A DNA stretch of 64,000 bases. Origin: the human T2T-CHM13v2.0 reference genome, Homo sapiens. The notes under the pieces were generated by a model. That model did not search any database. It had not been told where the DNA came from and saw only the letters and a program-made list of their open reading frames with translations. Both the position numbers and the translations under genes were made by a program. Shown in pieces: positions 27,640-48,307 of the stretch; the first letter of the stretch is position 1; each line of letters opens with the position of its first letter. Where the stretch lies: assembly GCF_009914755.1 (NCBI RefSeq), contig NC_060940.1. One strand, given 5' to 3'.

Positions 27640-27974
27640 GTGAGGTGTACCTAACAAGAACATCATACCTACAGCTTTACAAACTTAAGGACATGTTGCA
27701 GTATTATATGACTCTGTTAACTCAGTTATACAGAGGAAAACATCTGTCTGAGGTGAGAGATGCATTTTTGGGGTTCCACATTTTAAGTTATTCTACATAT
27801 ATACATGTATATGTGTAGAAAAAATTTTGAACAGACACACAAGAAACTGTTAATGGCTTTACCTCTAGGGTGTCAAATAAGACTAAAGGGGTGAAAGAAA
27901 GAGGGGGCATCTTTTCTTCCTTTTATGTCTTTCTGTAATGTTGTTATTACTTTTTTCACTATGAATATGTATTA

Positions 27975-28903
<929 letters not shown>

Positions 28904-28989
28904 AAAGAAGTCTTGTTAAAGATAAATTTTTAAATATCTCCTTAGATGGAAATTCCTTATACTGTAGGTAGTATAGAGTTAGAGGTCTG

Positions 28990-29630
28990 CATTATGGTTC
29001 TGGCTGAATCAACCAGCAGTGTGACTCTGGCAAGTTAGCTTCCCTTGACCTCAGTTTCCTCATTTGCAAAATGAGAAAATTAGATTGGATAATTTCTGAT
29101 GTCCCTCCTAGTTCTATAATCATATGTGTTCTATAACTTTGTCTTCATTAACTCAATGAAGTGGCACTGGTAGACCGAATGTTAGGTTAGAGATTAGTGG
29201 AAAAAATAAGATGAAAATAACTTGCCCAAAGACATAGTTAAGGACAGACTTTTTATAATGTGTTTTCACTATTATGGTCTCCTCTGATCTTAATGCACAG
29301 CCAGGTCCCTGATCAGGATGGAATGGAGCACAGAAGACACCAAGAAACTGAATGGCCTCCTTGGGTGTTTAAGGCTTTAAAGCTTCTGCTCTGTAGTATA
29401 TTATGTGGTTTGCTGGAATGAACTGAGCTCTGCAGTCAGACAGACCTTGGTTTGAATCCCAACTAGGTCACCTGCTCAAAGTAGGGTTCTGAGCAAGTCC
29501 CTTCACTTCCATACACCACCATGTCATCATCTTTAAAAAAAGGGATAATGGTACTTAGTGTGCAGATTAAATGAGATAGTACCTATAAAGGCCCTTTCAC
29601 AGAGCCAAGCACATATAGTAGGTTCTCAAG
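28990..29630 (+). mobile_element. Two MIR-family SINEs (~28990-29115 and ~29400-29630)
   Basis: tgtgactctggcaagtt...cctcagtttcctcatttgcaaaatg; agtcagacagaccttggtttgaatccc...gattaaatgagata. Confidence 0.65.
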
Positions 29631-29789
29631 AAATAGTATGTTTAAAAAGTCTTAACTCTGCTGGGCACAATGGCTCACATCTGTAATCCCAGCACTTTGG
29701 GAGGCCAGGGTTAGAGAATTGCTTAAAAGCCAGAAGTTTAAGACCAACTTGGGCAACACAGTGAGACCTCGCCTCTACAGGATTTTTTA

Positions 29790-29966
<177 letters not shown>

Positions 29967-30271
29967 CTACTATGTAAACACATTTTGAAAATTATAATCT
30001 GATGTATTTAAATTGTTGGCTTTGTTTTAAAAGTTCAAGACATTGTAGAAATTACTTTGTGCTACATATAGGTTTATTTCTGGAAGGTTGTGTGTATGTT
30101 GAATCATCTAAGTGCAACACAGCTTGATCTTTAAAGGAATTTTATATTCTTTTCATAAAGTAAGAATTTAATTTGGGCTGGGCGAGGTGGCTCACGCCTG
30201 TAATCCCAGCACTTTGGGAGACGGAGGCAGGTGGATTACTTCAGTTCAGGAGTTCAAGACCAGCCTGGCTA

Positions 30272-30517
<246 letters not shown>

Positions 30518-30868
30518 TCACACCTATCATCCCAATACTTTGGGAGGCTGAGGCAGGAGGATTGGTTGAGGCCAGGAGTTTAAGACCAGCTTGGGCAACA
30601 TAACAAGACCCTATCTCTACAAAAAAAAAGAGAGAGACAGAGAGAAAAAAAGAGATACATTTATACAGAGCCCTTGGTCTGTTAATCATGGGCTTTTTTT
30701 TTTTTTTTTTTAAAGTTAGGGGCCTTAGAGAATTAAATAGAATGGAGAAACGATGTGATAAAGAGGAACAAATTGCAACTACATTTGTCAACTAGCTGTC
30801 AGGCTGAGAAAAGTATAGAGTCAATTTTGTTATAAATCATTTCTTTCTTTTTTTTTTTTTTTTTTTGA

Positions 30869-31150
<282 letters not shown>

Positions 31151-31558
31151 TAAATAATTTTTGAGAATAGGTACCTGTAGTGCTGCTGATGTAGCTGGGT
31201 ATTGAAGAAAAAGGCAAAACGTTATAAAGTTTCTGTAGAAACCCGGGGTTGTGGGAGTGGGCAAAGAAGGAAGGAAGAAGATGATATGACTTGGCTGTAT
31301 TGCTAAACGTTGTGCTACTTCGTCATTCACTAAGGATTGAAGTCCAGTTAACCTTGGTCTTTGTTAAAACTTGGGGGCTGAATTCTCTTTGACATATTTA
31401 TACACTAAAGACATTTCGTGATGGTCAGATGTGAAATAGATTTTCAGAACCAAATGGAGAGGGCAGTTTGGGGCTACAAGAATTGTACCATTATACCTTC
31501 CTTTTCAGTAAATGATCAGTCTACTCGACCATGGCATGCCATATAAGGAAAGGTCTTA

Positions 31559-31900
<342 letters not shown>

Positions 31901-32501
31901 TCAAAAAAAAAATTTTAAAAATAAAAAATTTTGCAAATGATTTGCTTTTTGTAAAATATAAATTGGAAGAGATTCAAGGTTATTCCTATGTTGATACCAC
32001 TTATACTCGCATTTCCATGCGTTTTTTAGACATAAAAGTAGTAGGATTACAAGGAGTTTGCAAAAAATATGCATAACTTTGGCTATACTCATGGGAATGT
32101 GAACATCTGTGTGTCTTGGCAGAAAAAATGTACAGAACCATTAACTAATTAGACCTCAGTTATGAGAGAAGATAGAATTTAGGAAGATAGGCTTCGTAAT
32201 GTTGGTCAAGCTACTTGTTTTCCACAAGCCTTGCATTTCCCCTGTATAAAATAAGATTCTAGGAGGATTAAATAAGACAATATTAACTTCTCAAGTTATT
32301 ATTATAGGCATTGTTAGTGTCCTTGTGACCTTAAATAAGTTCCTTAATTTCTCTGTCCTCCTGTTTTCTCTGTAGAATGGACATAATATCTGCTCAACTA
32401 TGTACTTTAGAATGAGAATAAATAATATCTATAAAATAACTCAGGGCTGGGGGCTCATGCCTGTAATCCTAGCACTTTGGGAGACTGAGACCGGCAGATC
32501 A

Positions 32502-32747
<246 letters not shown>

Positions 32748-32761
32748 TCATTGGTCCTTAA

Positions 32762-33101
<340 letters not shown>

Positions 33102-34469
33102 TTGTTTATCTGTTTTTTATTGATAGTCACTTGAACAATTTCCAGTGTGGAGTTAGTATTAATAAAGTTACTGAATATTTTTGTAATGTCCTATTTTTTT
33201 TTTTCTTCTGATTTAAAGGCCTCAGAAACATTTTCATTTCTGTTGGGTAAATTCGTAGGAGTGGAATTGCTGGATAGGTGCATGTTTAGTTTAAAAAAAA
33301 AAAAAAAAAAAAAAAACTAGGCCAGGCACAGTGGCTGACGCCTGTAATCCCAGCACTTTGGGAGGCCGAGGTGGGCAGATCACCTGAGGTCAGGAGTTCA
33401 AGACCAGCCTGACCAACATGGAGAAACCCCGTCTCTACTAAAAATACAAAGTTAGCTGGGCGTGGTGGCTCATGCCTGTAATCCCAGCTACTCAGGAGGC
33501 TGAGGGAGGAGAATCGCATGAACTCGGTAGGCAGAGGTTGTGGTGAGCTGAGATCGCACCATTACTTACACTCCAGCCTGGGCAACAAGAGTGAAACTCC
33601 GTCTCAAAAACAACAACAAACTGCCAGGCTGGGCACAGTGGTTCATGCCTGTAATTCCAGTACTTTGGGAGGTCGAGGCGGGTGGATCACCTGAGGTCAG
33701 GAGTTTGAGACCAGCCGGGCCAACATGGCAAAACCCCATCTCTACTAAAAATAAAAAAATAAAATAAAATAAACTGCCAGACTTTCTTCCAAAGTAATTG
33801 TGCCATTTTATGTTCCTGCCAATATATGAGAGTTTCCATTGCTCCACATCCTCACCAAAAGGTGTCAGTCTTTTTAATATTTACCTTTGTGATGGGTGCG
33901 TAGTGGAATCTTTTTGTGGCTCATCCTTCATTCTTATCTAAAGCCTTCACTTTCTAAACCAAAAATGTGTTTGGTATTAGAGGGAAATACCCTTTTTTTC
34001 TGCTTTACTGCTTTGATTTAGTTCCATAGAGCTGAGAAAAAGTAAAAAGTGCTAATGATCAGAATGAGTAAGTACAGGGGAAGAGGAATTTTACTCCCTT
34101 CCTCTACCTTGAGTTTTCAAGACCTCACTGGATGCATCTTGATGCATCTGGTAATTATACGTATTTCATTCTGGAAAGCGAACACTTATTAAATAATGAT
34201 GAAGTCCAAGGAGAGAACATGAGCCCCTTCCTTAGCAATCAGTATTGTAGGCAGTGTGAAGTTTAGGAAGAACAAGGTGTTCTTAAACACTCCTTTCGGA
34301 AATGTAAATCCGTGTTCTTTGCATTGGTTCACAGTGCCTCAGTCATCTTCACATTGGCAATTTTCCATGTAAAAGGTAAATTTTGCCTTTATAATGTGTA
34401 CAATTATATGATTATTACTAAGTTGAACACATAAGTTATATCAAAGGCTTTGCTAAACAGGAGAAGTAA

Positions 34470-34928
<459 letters not shown>

Positions 34929-35285
34929 TAGCTAGGATGGTCTCGATCTCCTGACCTCGTGATCCACCCACCTTGGCCTCCCAAAGTGCTGGGATTACAG
35001 GCGTGAGCCACCACACCTGGCCCCCTTTGTCAGTTTTAATGGTTTCTTCAAAGGTGGACTCTTTTGGATCCTAGACTCATCGGTCCTATTTTGGAGCTTC
35101 TTTGCTGTTTCTTTTAATTTAATTTTCTATTTCACAATCCCTTTTCAAGAAAAATCGCAAAATTTTTCTTTTCATAAAAAACTGGTTAACTGGCCGGGCG
35201 TGGTGCCTCACACCTGTAATCCCAGCACTTTGGGAGGCCGAGGCGGGTGGATCACGAGGTCAGGAGATCGAGACCATCCTGGTTA

Positions 35286-35508
<223 letters not shown>

Positions 35509-37747
35509 TCAGTGGGAAATAACTCACTATCTATTCTCATCTTTTTTCAGCCCAGTGGTCCCGGTATCTACTTGTGTTTAATCAGGCTTAGTTTTATTTT
35601 ATAACAGATTTATTTTCCATTCTCCCAGTTATTAATAACTAGGATCTGAGACATCAGGATTTTCAGAACTCAGACTGTGTCAAAGGAGGAATGTCTGAGA
35701 GATTGTCCTAGGAATTGTATGATGTGTAAAGACTTTCAGAAGGTGAACATTCTGTGCCTCGAGAAGGATGAACTGATTCCTATCTGTAGTGCTAAGTAGG
35801 TCAGTAGGAGGAGTGAAGGAAATTTCTGGTCAAGGTTTTGCAGCTGAACTTTTAGCATGTGCTTAAAAGATGTTATACTGGTTACAGTGCCAAAGCAACT
35901 AGATGGAAATAAATAGTCCCTCTAGAAAATAGTCATCCTGATATACGATCTGAAATAAGGACATCATTGCCTCCCCCACCCAGTTTGGTGGGATGAGGGT
36001 GATTCTGAATCTTCTGCTAGAATGAGGGTGGGGCAGTCACTGGCCACTGGATGTGGAGAATGCTGACAGGCTTTCAGGCATACCACGCAGAGTAAAGCTG
36101 CATGCTTTACTCTCACTTCCAGAGGTAACTGGTACCACCGCTTCCCCGGCCTCTTAGGGATTCTCCAACATGGATTGGCTGGGATTTGGCTCTTTCCACT
36201 TTTCTTAAATCAGCTAAGTCATTTAACTCCTCTCTTTACTAGCTTCCAAAATTTTGTTGTAGTCACTCCTCTCCTGTTCTTGGATTTGTAAGATTATGCT
36301 TTTTAAAAAATCCCCTTTAAGTTTGGTGGTGACTTCTTACATACAACCCCAAAAGCACAATCCATAAAGAAAAAACTTGACAAGTTGAACCTCTTTAAAA
36401 TTTAAAACTTCAGCCCTGCAAAAGACACTGAAGAGAATGAAAAGACAAGCCACACATTGGGAAGAAATCTTTACAAAATACATATCCAATAAAGGACTGG
36501 TATCCCAAATATACAGAGGGACCAAGCACAGTGGCTCATGCCTATAATCCTAGCACTTTAGGAGGCCAGGGCAGGAGGGTCACTTGAGCCCAGGAGTTCA
36601 AGACCAGCCTGGCAACATAGTGAGACCCTGTCTCTACAAAAATTTTTTTTTTAAAGTAGTTGGGTGTGGTGGTGCACATCTGTGGTAGTCCCAGTTAACT
36701 GGGAGGCTGAGGTGGGAGGATCACTTGAGACCTGTATGGTCAAGGCTGCAATGGGCTCTTAGGATGGAAGAATTTCTGCCCAGTAATCTGTGTCCCTACT
36801 GATGACTTCTGTGTGTAGTCTCATTCTTCTTGCATTCAATTAAATCTCACCAGGCCATTTCTGTCTTTATTGTAATTCATCTCACATCCCACCATAAAAT
36901 TATTTTATTATTATTTTTATTTTATTTATTTATTTTTTAGAGACAGGATCTCGCTCTGTCACCCAGGCTGGAGTACAGTGGTACTATCATAGCTCACTCT
37001 AGCCTCGAACTCCTGTGCTCAAGAGATCTTCCCGCCTCAGCCTCGCTAGTAGCTAGGACTGCAGATGTATGTCACCATGCCTGGCTGATAAAAAAAAATT
37101 TGAGGGCCGTGCACAGTGGCTCACGCCTGTAACCCCAGCACTTTGGGAGGCCAAGGTGGGCGGATCACGAGGTCAGGAGATCGAAACCATCTGGCTAACA
37201 TGGTGAAACCCCGTATCTACTAAAAATACAAAAAATTAGCCTGGCATGGTGGTGGTGCCTGTAGTCACAACTACTCGAGAGGCTGAGGCAAAAGAATGGC
37301 GTGAACCTGGGAGGCGGAGCTTGCAGTGAGCCGAGATCACGACACTGCACTCCAGCCTGGGCGAAAGAGCCAGACTCCGTCTTAAAAAAAAAAAAAAAAA
37401 GAAAGAAAAATTTTTTGTTGGGGCTGGGCACGATGGTTCATACCTATAATCCCAATACTTTGGGAGGCTGAGGCGGGTGGATCACCTGAGGTCAGGAATT
37501 TCAGACCAGCCTGACCAACATGGTGAATCCCCCTCTCTACTAAAGATACAAAAACTAGCCAGGCTTGGTGGCACTTGCCTGTAATCCCAGCTGGGGAGGC
37601 TGAGGCAGGAGAATCGCTTAAACCAGGAGGTGGAGGTTGCAGTGAGCTGAGACCGCGCCATTGCACTCCAGCCCGGGCAACAAGAGGTAAACTCTGTCTC
37701 AAAAAAAAAAAAAAATTGGTTGGGGTGGGGGGCGACGCAGTGGCTCA

Positions 37748-38074
<327 letters not shown>

Positions 38075-38149
38075 TCAAGTGATTTCCCCGCCTCAGCCTC
38101 CCCAAAGTGTTGGGATTACAGGCATGAGTCACTGTACTTGGCCTAATTT

Positions 38150-38612
38150 TTTTTAAATTGTAAAATACACATAACATGAAATTTCTTAATCATTTTTAAG
38201 TGTACAGGTCAGAAGTGTTAAGTATATTCATATTTTTGTACAACCAATGTCCAGAAATTTTTCTTCTTGCAAAACTAAAATACTCTACTCATTGAAAAAC
38301 TCCCCATTTCACCCTTCCTTCAGCTCCTGGCACTTACCATTCTGCTTTCTGTGAGTTTGCTCTAGATACTTCATGAAAGTAGGCTCATATGTTATTTCTT
38401 CTTTCGTGACTGGCTTATTTTACTAGTATAATATCCTCAATGTTGATGCATGTTGTAACATGTGTTAGGATTTCTTTCCTTATTAAGGCTGAATAATGCC
38501 ATTATATGTATATACTGCATTTTGTTTATCTGTTCCTCCATTGATGGACATTTGGGTTGCTTCCACCTTTTGGCTATTGTGAATGATGCTGCTATAAACA
38601 TGGGTGTACAAA
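38150..38612 (-). mobile_element. L1MB-like 3' fragment
   Basis: tttttaagtgtacag...gtgactggcttatttt...gatggacatttgggttgcttccacc. Confidence 0.75.
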
Positions 38613-38709
38613 TGTCTCATAAAATTATTTTTTAAGTTAATTGTTTTGATCATGTTGCCCTCCTGTTGAGAATTCTAAATGATTCTATGTTATTAATAGT
38701 TACCAATTA

Positions 38710-39018
<309 letters not shown>

Positions 39019-39238
39019 TTAATATTCAGACCTAACCTGCTATTCAAGATCCTCTAAATTCTGGAACCAAGCTATGTCTTAATATGTTTAGGTATAGAAT
39101 AGGAAATCAAAGAGCTCATCAGAACTGTATCTAAATAAAAAGCAAATAGCTTAAAACTTTTTATCTGAAAGTTTTCCTCTGAGTAACATGAACTTTCAAA
39201 TATGGACTTTTCTTAAGCCCTTTGGCTGTTCATGACTC

Positions 39239-39277
<39 letters not shown>

Positions 39278-40410
39278 TTTTCTTGAGACGGAGTCTTGCT
39301 CTGCTGCCCAGGCTGGAGTGCAGTGGCATGATCTCGGCTCACTGCAAGCTCCGCCTCCGGGTTCATGCCATTCTTCTGCCTCAGCCTCCCGAGTAGCTGG
39401 GACTACAGGCGCCCACCACCACGCCCGGCTAATTTTTTGTGTTTTTAATAGAGACGGGGTTTCACCATGTTAGCCAGGATGGTTTCGATCTGCTGACCTT
39501 GTTATCCACCTGCCTCGGCCTCCCAAAGTGCTGGGATTACAGGCGTAAGCCACCGCGCCCAGCCACAACTCTTATTTTATGTCTTCTATTTTCTAGAACT
39601 TTTGTCCTATTTTGCTGTTACCATAGAACTTTGACAGCATATAAAAGATGGATAGACTGGTAGGTAGGCCTGGAAGTAGCTAGATGATCTACTTTTTTCA
39701 TCACTGTATCTCCAATACCAGTGCCTAGCACAATATTTGGCATGTAGTAGGTGCTCAATAAATGTTTATTTAAGAAAGGATAGACCAACCAGAATTCAAA
39801 TGAAAATGAATATTTGCAATACAAAATATGACAATTTAAAGTATTTGGAGTTATAAAGGGTTTAGAAACTGACAAAAGAGCTTCAAAGCAGAAATGCTAG
39901 TATACTTGTAAATTGCTTATCTTTTTGACAAGTGGCATAGAATCTGATGATAGTGCTTTTAGGCAGCAAAAACTGTCTTCAGAAAATAATGTAAAGAAAA
40001 CTCTCTCCCTGGTCATTGGCAGTTTGTCAATTTGTAGCCTACCATGAAAAACACTAAAGGCTTTTTTTTTCCATTTTAAAAGATATATATGTTCACAGCA
40101 GAGTATATATCTTAGTCATTTATTTATTTATTTGACTTTTAAAATTCATCTTTGCAAGAACTTTGATTGAAACACAAAACAATATTCAATAGATTGCTTT
40201 ATAAATAATTTTTTCAATGTATATTTAAAATATTTTAGCTATTTTCTAAAGGTTACTTTTGAAATACAGATTGCTCTTGGTGAGCATTAATACAGAACAG
40301 TTATAGTGTTGATCTCTTAACTATTTTTCTACCTAATTCACTGGAGGAGTAATCATATAAAAGTACCCAAACACAGTTTCAAATTTTACAGAGTAATAAT
40401 CTTCTGCTAA

Positions 40411-41782
<1,372 letters not shown>

Positions 41783-41867
41783 TAGATTTGCAGTTATGTA
41801 TTTTAAACCTGGCAGGTTTGGTGACTTCTGTCCTAGCTCACTTTTTTTTTTTTCTTTTTCCACACAG

Positions 41868-42078
41868 ATTGATAGAGCTACATTCTCCTGATAGCAGGAA
41901 CACGTTGATCCTACGCTGCAAAGATACAGCCACAGCACACTCCTGGTTCGTAGCTATCCACACCAACATAATGGCTCTCCTCCCACAGGTGTTGGCTGAA
42001 CTCAACGCCATGCTTGGGGCAACCAGTACAGCAGGAGGCAGTAAAGAGGTGAAGCATATTGCCTGGCTGGCAGAACAG
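41868..42078 (+). CDS. SNTB2: Beta-2 syntrophin internal coding exon (exon 3, 211 nt)
   Basis: Long polypyrimidine tract, then cacacag|A TTG; donor CAG|gtaggc. Translates (R)LIELHSPDSRNTLILRCKDTATAHSWFVAIHTNIMALLPQVLAELNAMLGATSTAGGSKEVKHIAWLAEQ; phase matches exon 2. Confidence 0.96.
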
Positions 42079-42380
42079 GTAGGCTGGGAGGCAGGGCAGA
42101 GTATCACCTGGTTCCCATTCAGTGCCAGGATGGTTCCTCATTTAATATATCTGTAATACTTACCATGCAGTTAGGACCTGGATATCTAGCTTGCAGATCT
42201 TTTGTTTTTCAGTGTTTTGTTTCACCTCCCTTTTTCTCCTTCTACCTTTGTCTATTTGTTGCTAATTATCCACTCAACCAGAAGTAGCTGACATAGTAAT
42301 CACTATCATACTATTACTAAAGAAGTTCTTATTACCATCTCTGTCCTTAATGACAGAGGATAATTTTCATGATTTTAGAT

Positions 42381-42577
42381 CAGGGTCAGCTAACTTTTTC
42401 TGTAAAGGGCAAGATAGCGTCACGGCTACTTGACTCTTCTGTTGTAGCAAGACAACTGTCATAGGCAATAGGAAAATGAATGGGTGTGACTGCGTTTCAG
42501 TAAAACTTTATTTACAAAGACAAGTAAACTGGTGGTTGGCTGGATCTGGCCCAAGTGTCATAGTTTCCCAACCCTTG
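42381..42577. mobile_element. MER58A-like hAT MITE
   Basis: cagggtcagctaactttttctgtaaaggg...taaaactttatttacaaa...tagtttcccaacccttg, with decayed terminal inverted repeats. Confidence 0.75.
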
Positions 42578-44329
42578 TTCCCTACTGGAAGAGCTTCTAG
42601 GGGCAGCAGGCTATAGTTGATTCCTCTGCTCTGGGAAAAGTATAAAATATACAAAATACTTTACAATTAGACAGAGGTACAATTGTCTTCCATAACTGAA
42701 AAGTGAAAAAAAGAGAAACAAGAAAGTCTGAGTGGATGTTGAGTTAAAGGAAAAGAACTTGAAAACCCAGGTTATTTTAGATCCCAGGTTTGACAAAAGG
42801 AGAGTAAAAGTTCCGTGTGACATTATGTTACATCTTTTTTCTTCACCATCAACTAGGCTAGAGGGGCTTGAAAAAAAAGGACTGGACTAGGGGGTTCAGA
42901 GATGAGTGTTTAAGTGCTAGCTCTGTTTTTCACTGCTTTTGAGTCTTTTCGAAACTTACGTTTTGAATCCTAGTTGTGTGTGCAAAGGGCCAGGGAGTGG
43001 ACTAAATAACTGGTTTCCAAAAAAGCAGAATCAGCACAGGAAGGATTTTGTTCTTTCATTTTTGATTTTTTTTTTTCAAGTACAGTTTCCCACTGGTTCC
43101 CACCTTCCTCCCCAACATAGTTCTAACTTTTTTTTTTTTTAAGTTGAGGTTGATTTTATTTGAGGAGGATATTGTCCCCAAAGCAGTTCTGATGTGGTAG
43201 GTCTGTGGGTGGTGCCTGGTGATCTTGGTGGTACCAAGTAATTGTGGTAATTGAGGGGCCAATTTTGGTCACCAGCGAGAGTAATTTTTTTATTTTATTT
43301 TTTGCCACTTCTCAACTTTTTATGAACATTTCAAATAAAATTATAATAAATGAGAATGTAATATTAGTACAGTGATCATTTCTATAAAGCATAATTAGAA
43401 TAAAAAATTAATGAAAGTCATGATATAAGTACTTATGACTTTGAAAATTTTAACATTTTAGTTGTGTTTATCATTGTTTCTATATTTTATATGCTAGTTG
43501 AAAAACTGAATTGAATAGTAATTGTTCTGTGCTTTTGGCATTGTTCAAAATCCTCATGATTTTAAAAAGGTAGCACGTTCACATGGTTGAAAAATCAAAC
43601 AAAAAATTAATGGGTGAAAACTCTTGCCCTCATTCCCGTTACCTATCCACCTGTTATGCCTTTTGCCCTGGAAAGGTAACAACTCTTATTCCTTTCTATT
43701 GAATCTTTTGAGAGTTTCTTTATGCAAATAAAAAGAAAATATGAGGCAGGGTGTGGTGGCTCATACCTGTAAAACCAGCACTTTGGGAGGCTGAGGTGGG
43801 AGAATCGCTCAAGACCAGGAGCTTGAGACCAACCTGGGCAATATGGCAAAACCCCATCTCTACAAAAAATGTAAAAATACAAAAAAATGAGCTGGGTGTG
43901 GTGGCATGCACCTGTGTCCTTTCACACATGCACTGTCCAGATCCTTTGGCTCGTATGTCCAGGTAGACCAGATAAGGATATCAACATTATCTGCATATAT
44001 TCAGTTCTTAAGTTTCTGACAGTAAATAGTAAAGCTTTGGTTAGTAAGGGATTTATCCAAAGGTTCACATCAGTTCCTAAGTTTGGATAGTGAGAGTTCA
44101 GAGGGTAGGGGATATTTCTTTTTTGTTGCTTTTTTTTTTTGGAAATGGAGTCTCGCTGTGTCAGCCAGGCTGGAGTGCGGTGGCGCGATCTTGGCTCACT
44201 GCAAGCTCGGCCTCCCGGGTTGTTGATACTAATTTTTATGTGACTGATTTTACCGTTTAACTGGTTATATTGGTTTTTGGTTTTTTGTTTGTTTTGTTTA
44301 ATTTCCATGTTCATAGTGTTGTTTTTTTT

Positions 44330-44927
<598 letters not shown>

Positions 44928-45051
44928 TTTTTTTTTTTTTTTGAGACAGGGTCTCATTCTTTCACCTGAGCTGGAGTGCAGTGGTATAATCATGGCTCAG
45001 TGCAGCCTCAACCTCCTGGGCCCAAGCAGTCCTCCCACTTCAGTATCCTGA

Positions 45052-45252
<201 letters not shown>

Positions 45253-45296
45253 TGAGACGGAGTTTCGCTCTTGTTGCCCAGGCTGGGGTGCAATGA

Positions 45297-45596
<300 letters not shown>

Positions 45597-45933
45597 TAAA
45601 TGAGTTTTTTTAAGCATTTGAGTATTTTTTTAACTTTGTATGCCAAGACTTTTTTATTTTAGTGATATATACAAAATAAATGTAATTTTTTTTTTTTTGA
45701 GGCAGAGTCTCACTCTGTTGCCCAGAGTCTCACTCTGTTGCAGTGGCGCAATCTCGGCTCACTGCAAGCTCCGCCTCCCAAAAAAAAAATTTTTTGTGTA
45801 GAGATGGGGTCTCACTTTGTTACCTAGGCTGGTCTTGAATTCCTGGGCTCAAGCGTTCCTCTCTCCCGCCTCCCAAAAGCTGGGATTACAGGCATGAGCC
45901 ACTGTACCTGGCCTTTGGCTTTTCTCATTAATG

Positions 45934-46785
45934 CCCAGGCCTGGGTCTCCCACAGTCGCGAAGAGGCACTGCTGCTGCTACTATCTTGTCTCTGCACCTG
46001 ACCCTTCCCAGGACCTGTGATGCCAAGGCCATTGTGAGGGGCAAAAAAGTCAGGGTTTAGCCCCAGCTAAGCCGAGGGCTCTCGCTCTTCTGGTCTCCTG
46101 GGTCTGCCCTACCTGAAGACATGAGTGGTGAGTTGGCTCCAAGTAAAAGCACAGAGCATGTATCCACCTCGCCCATTCCCTGACAAATAATGACATATAC
46201 TGCATATTTTCCAAGCATGGCAAAGTTGTAAAGGTTACTATAATGAAATATAAAGATACCAGGAAGAGTAAAGAGGTTGCATTTATTTTATTTTTGGATA
46301 AAATACTCTGCACAAAACAGTACTAGGGCAATAAACAACGGTTATTTGGTAGAGTGATAAAAGCAAGCATCACTATTGACAACAGAAGAGCAGCCGAGTT
46401 CACCCAAAGGCAGAACTACTTTGATGAATCTAAGTGTTATGTTTGTGGGAAAAGTGGACACCTAAGTTACGCCTGTCCGAAAAATATGCTTGAAGTACGT
46501 GAACCTCCAAAGAAGAAAGAAAAAAAAGAAAGTTCCTGAACCAGTAGAAGAAACTGAAGAAGTAGAAGACAGAGAAGATTAAGGGGAGAATCCTACTCTT
46601 TGACAGCCTTATGCCACAGCATTCCAGCAAGCCAAAACTGAGAAAGAAGAAAAGAAGAAAAAAAGAAAATCCAGTTCAGGAGGTCCCTCAACATCAGATG
46701 ATTCAAGACGTTCAAGAATAAAGAAGAGCACATATTTCAGTGATAAGGAAGAACTTAAGTGATTACGATTAAAATTACATCTATT
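45934..46785 (+). pseudogene. Processed pseudogene of ZCRB1 (U11/U12 snRNP 31K; RRM + CCHC zinc knuckle)
   Basis: ATG at 46121 gives [11 protein letters not shown]..., then [51 protein letters not shown] and [17 protein letters not shown]. No introns; a frameshift creates TGA at 46181. Decayed GC-rich 5'UTR upstream (start approximate); 3'UTR may continue beyond the Alu at 46786. Confidence 0.9.
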
Positions 46786-46879
46786 GGCCGGGCACGGTGG
46801 CTCATGCCTGTAATCCCAGCACTTTGGGAGGCCGAGGTGGGTGGATCACGAGGTCGGGAGATCAAGACCATCCTGTCTA

Positions 46880-47159
<280 letters not shown>

Positions 47160-47538
47160 TTAGGACCATATACATTCAATTGGTGTTAGTGTAATTAGTT
47201 ATTTACTTTTTGCTCTCCATTTTTTAGTGTGATAATAAAATAAAGAACCAGAAGTACATTGCCTGTGAAAAAGGGATTAAGGGATTTGGGAAATGAATAA
47301 TAACTATTAGTATTTTCTCATCTTTAGTGCTATCCACCTCTGTTTATTAGAAATAAAATTTGGAGGCCCGGAGTGGTGGCTCACACCTGTAATCCCAGCA
47401 CTTTGGGAGGCCAAGGCAGGCGTATCACGAGGTCAGGAGTTTGAGACCAGCCTGGCCAGCATGGTGAAACCCCGTCTCTACTAAAAATACAAAACTTAGC
47501 TGGACGTGGTGGCGGGCACCTGTAATCCCAGCTACTCA

Positions 47539-47721
<183 letters not shown>

Positions 47722-47887
47722 TCAAACACAAGCAAACTAAAGCCCTAACATTCGTATCCCTTTTGTCTCTGGCCAGAAACTCAATGGTGGGATCCCCAAG
47801 GCTGCTTATGCTGATACCATAACCAAAAAACACATACTATATAGAGCAGACAGCATTTGACTTCACTGAAAGCAAACAGTATCCTTA

Positions 47888-48307
<420 letters not shown>

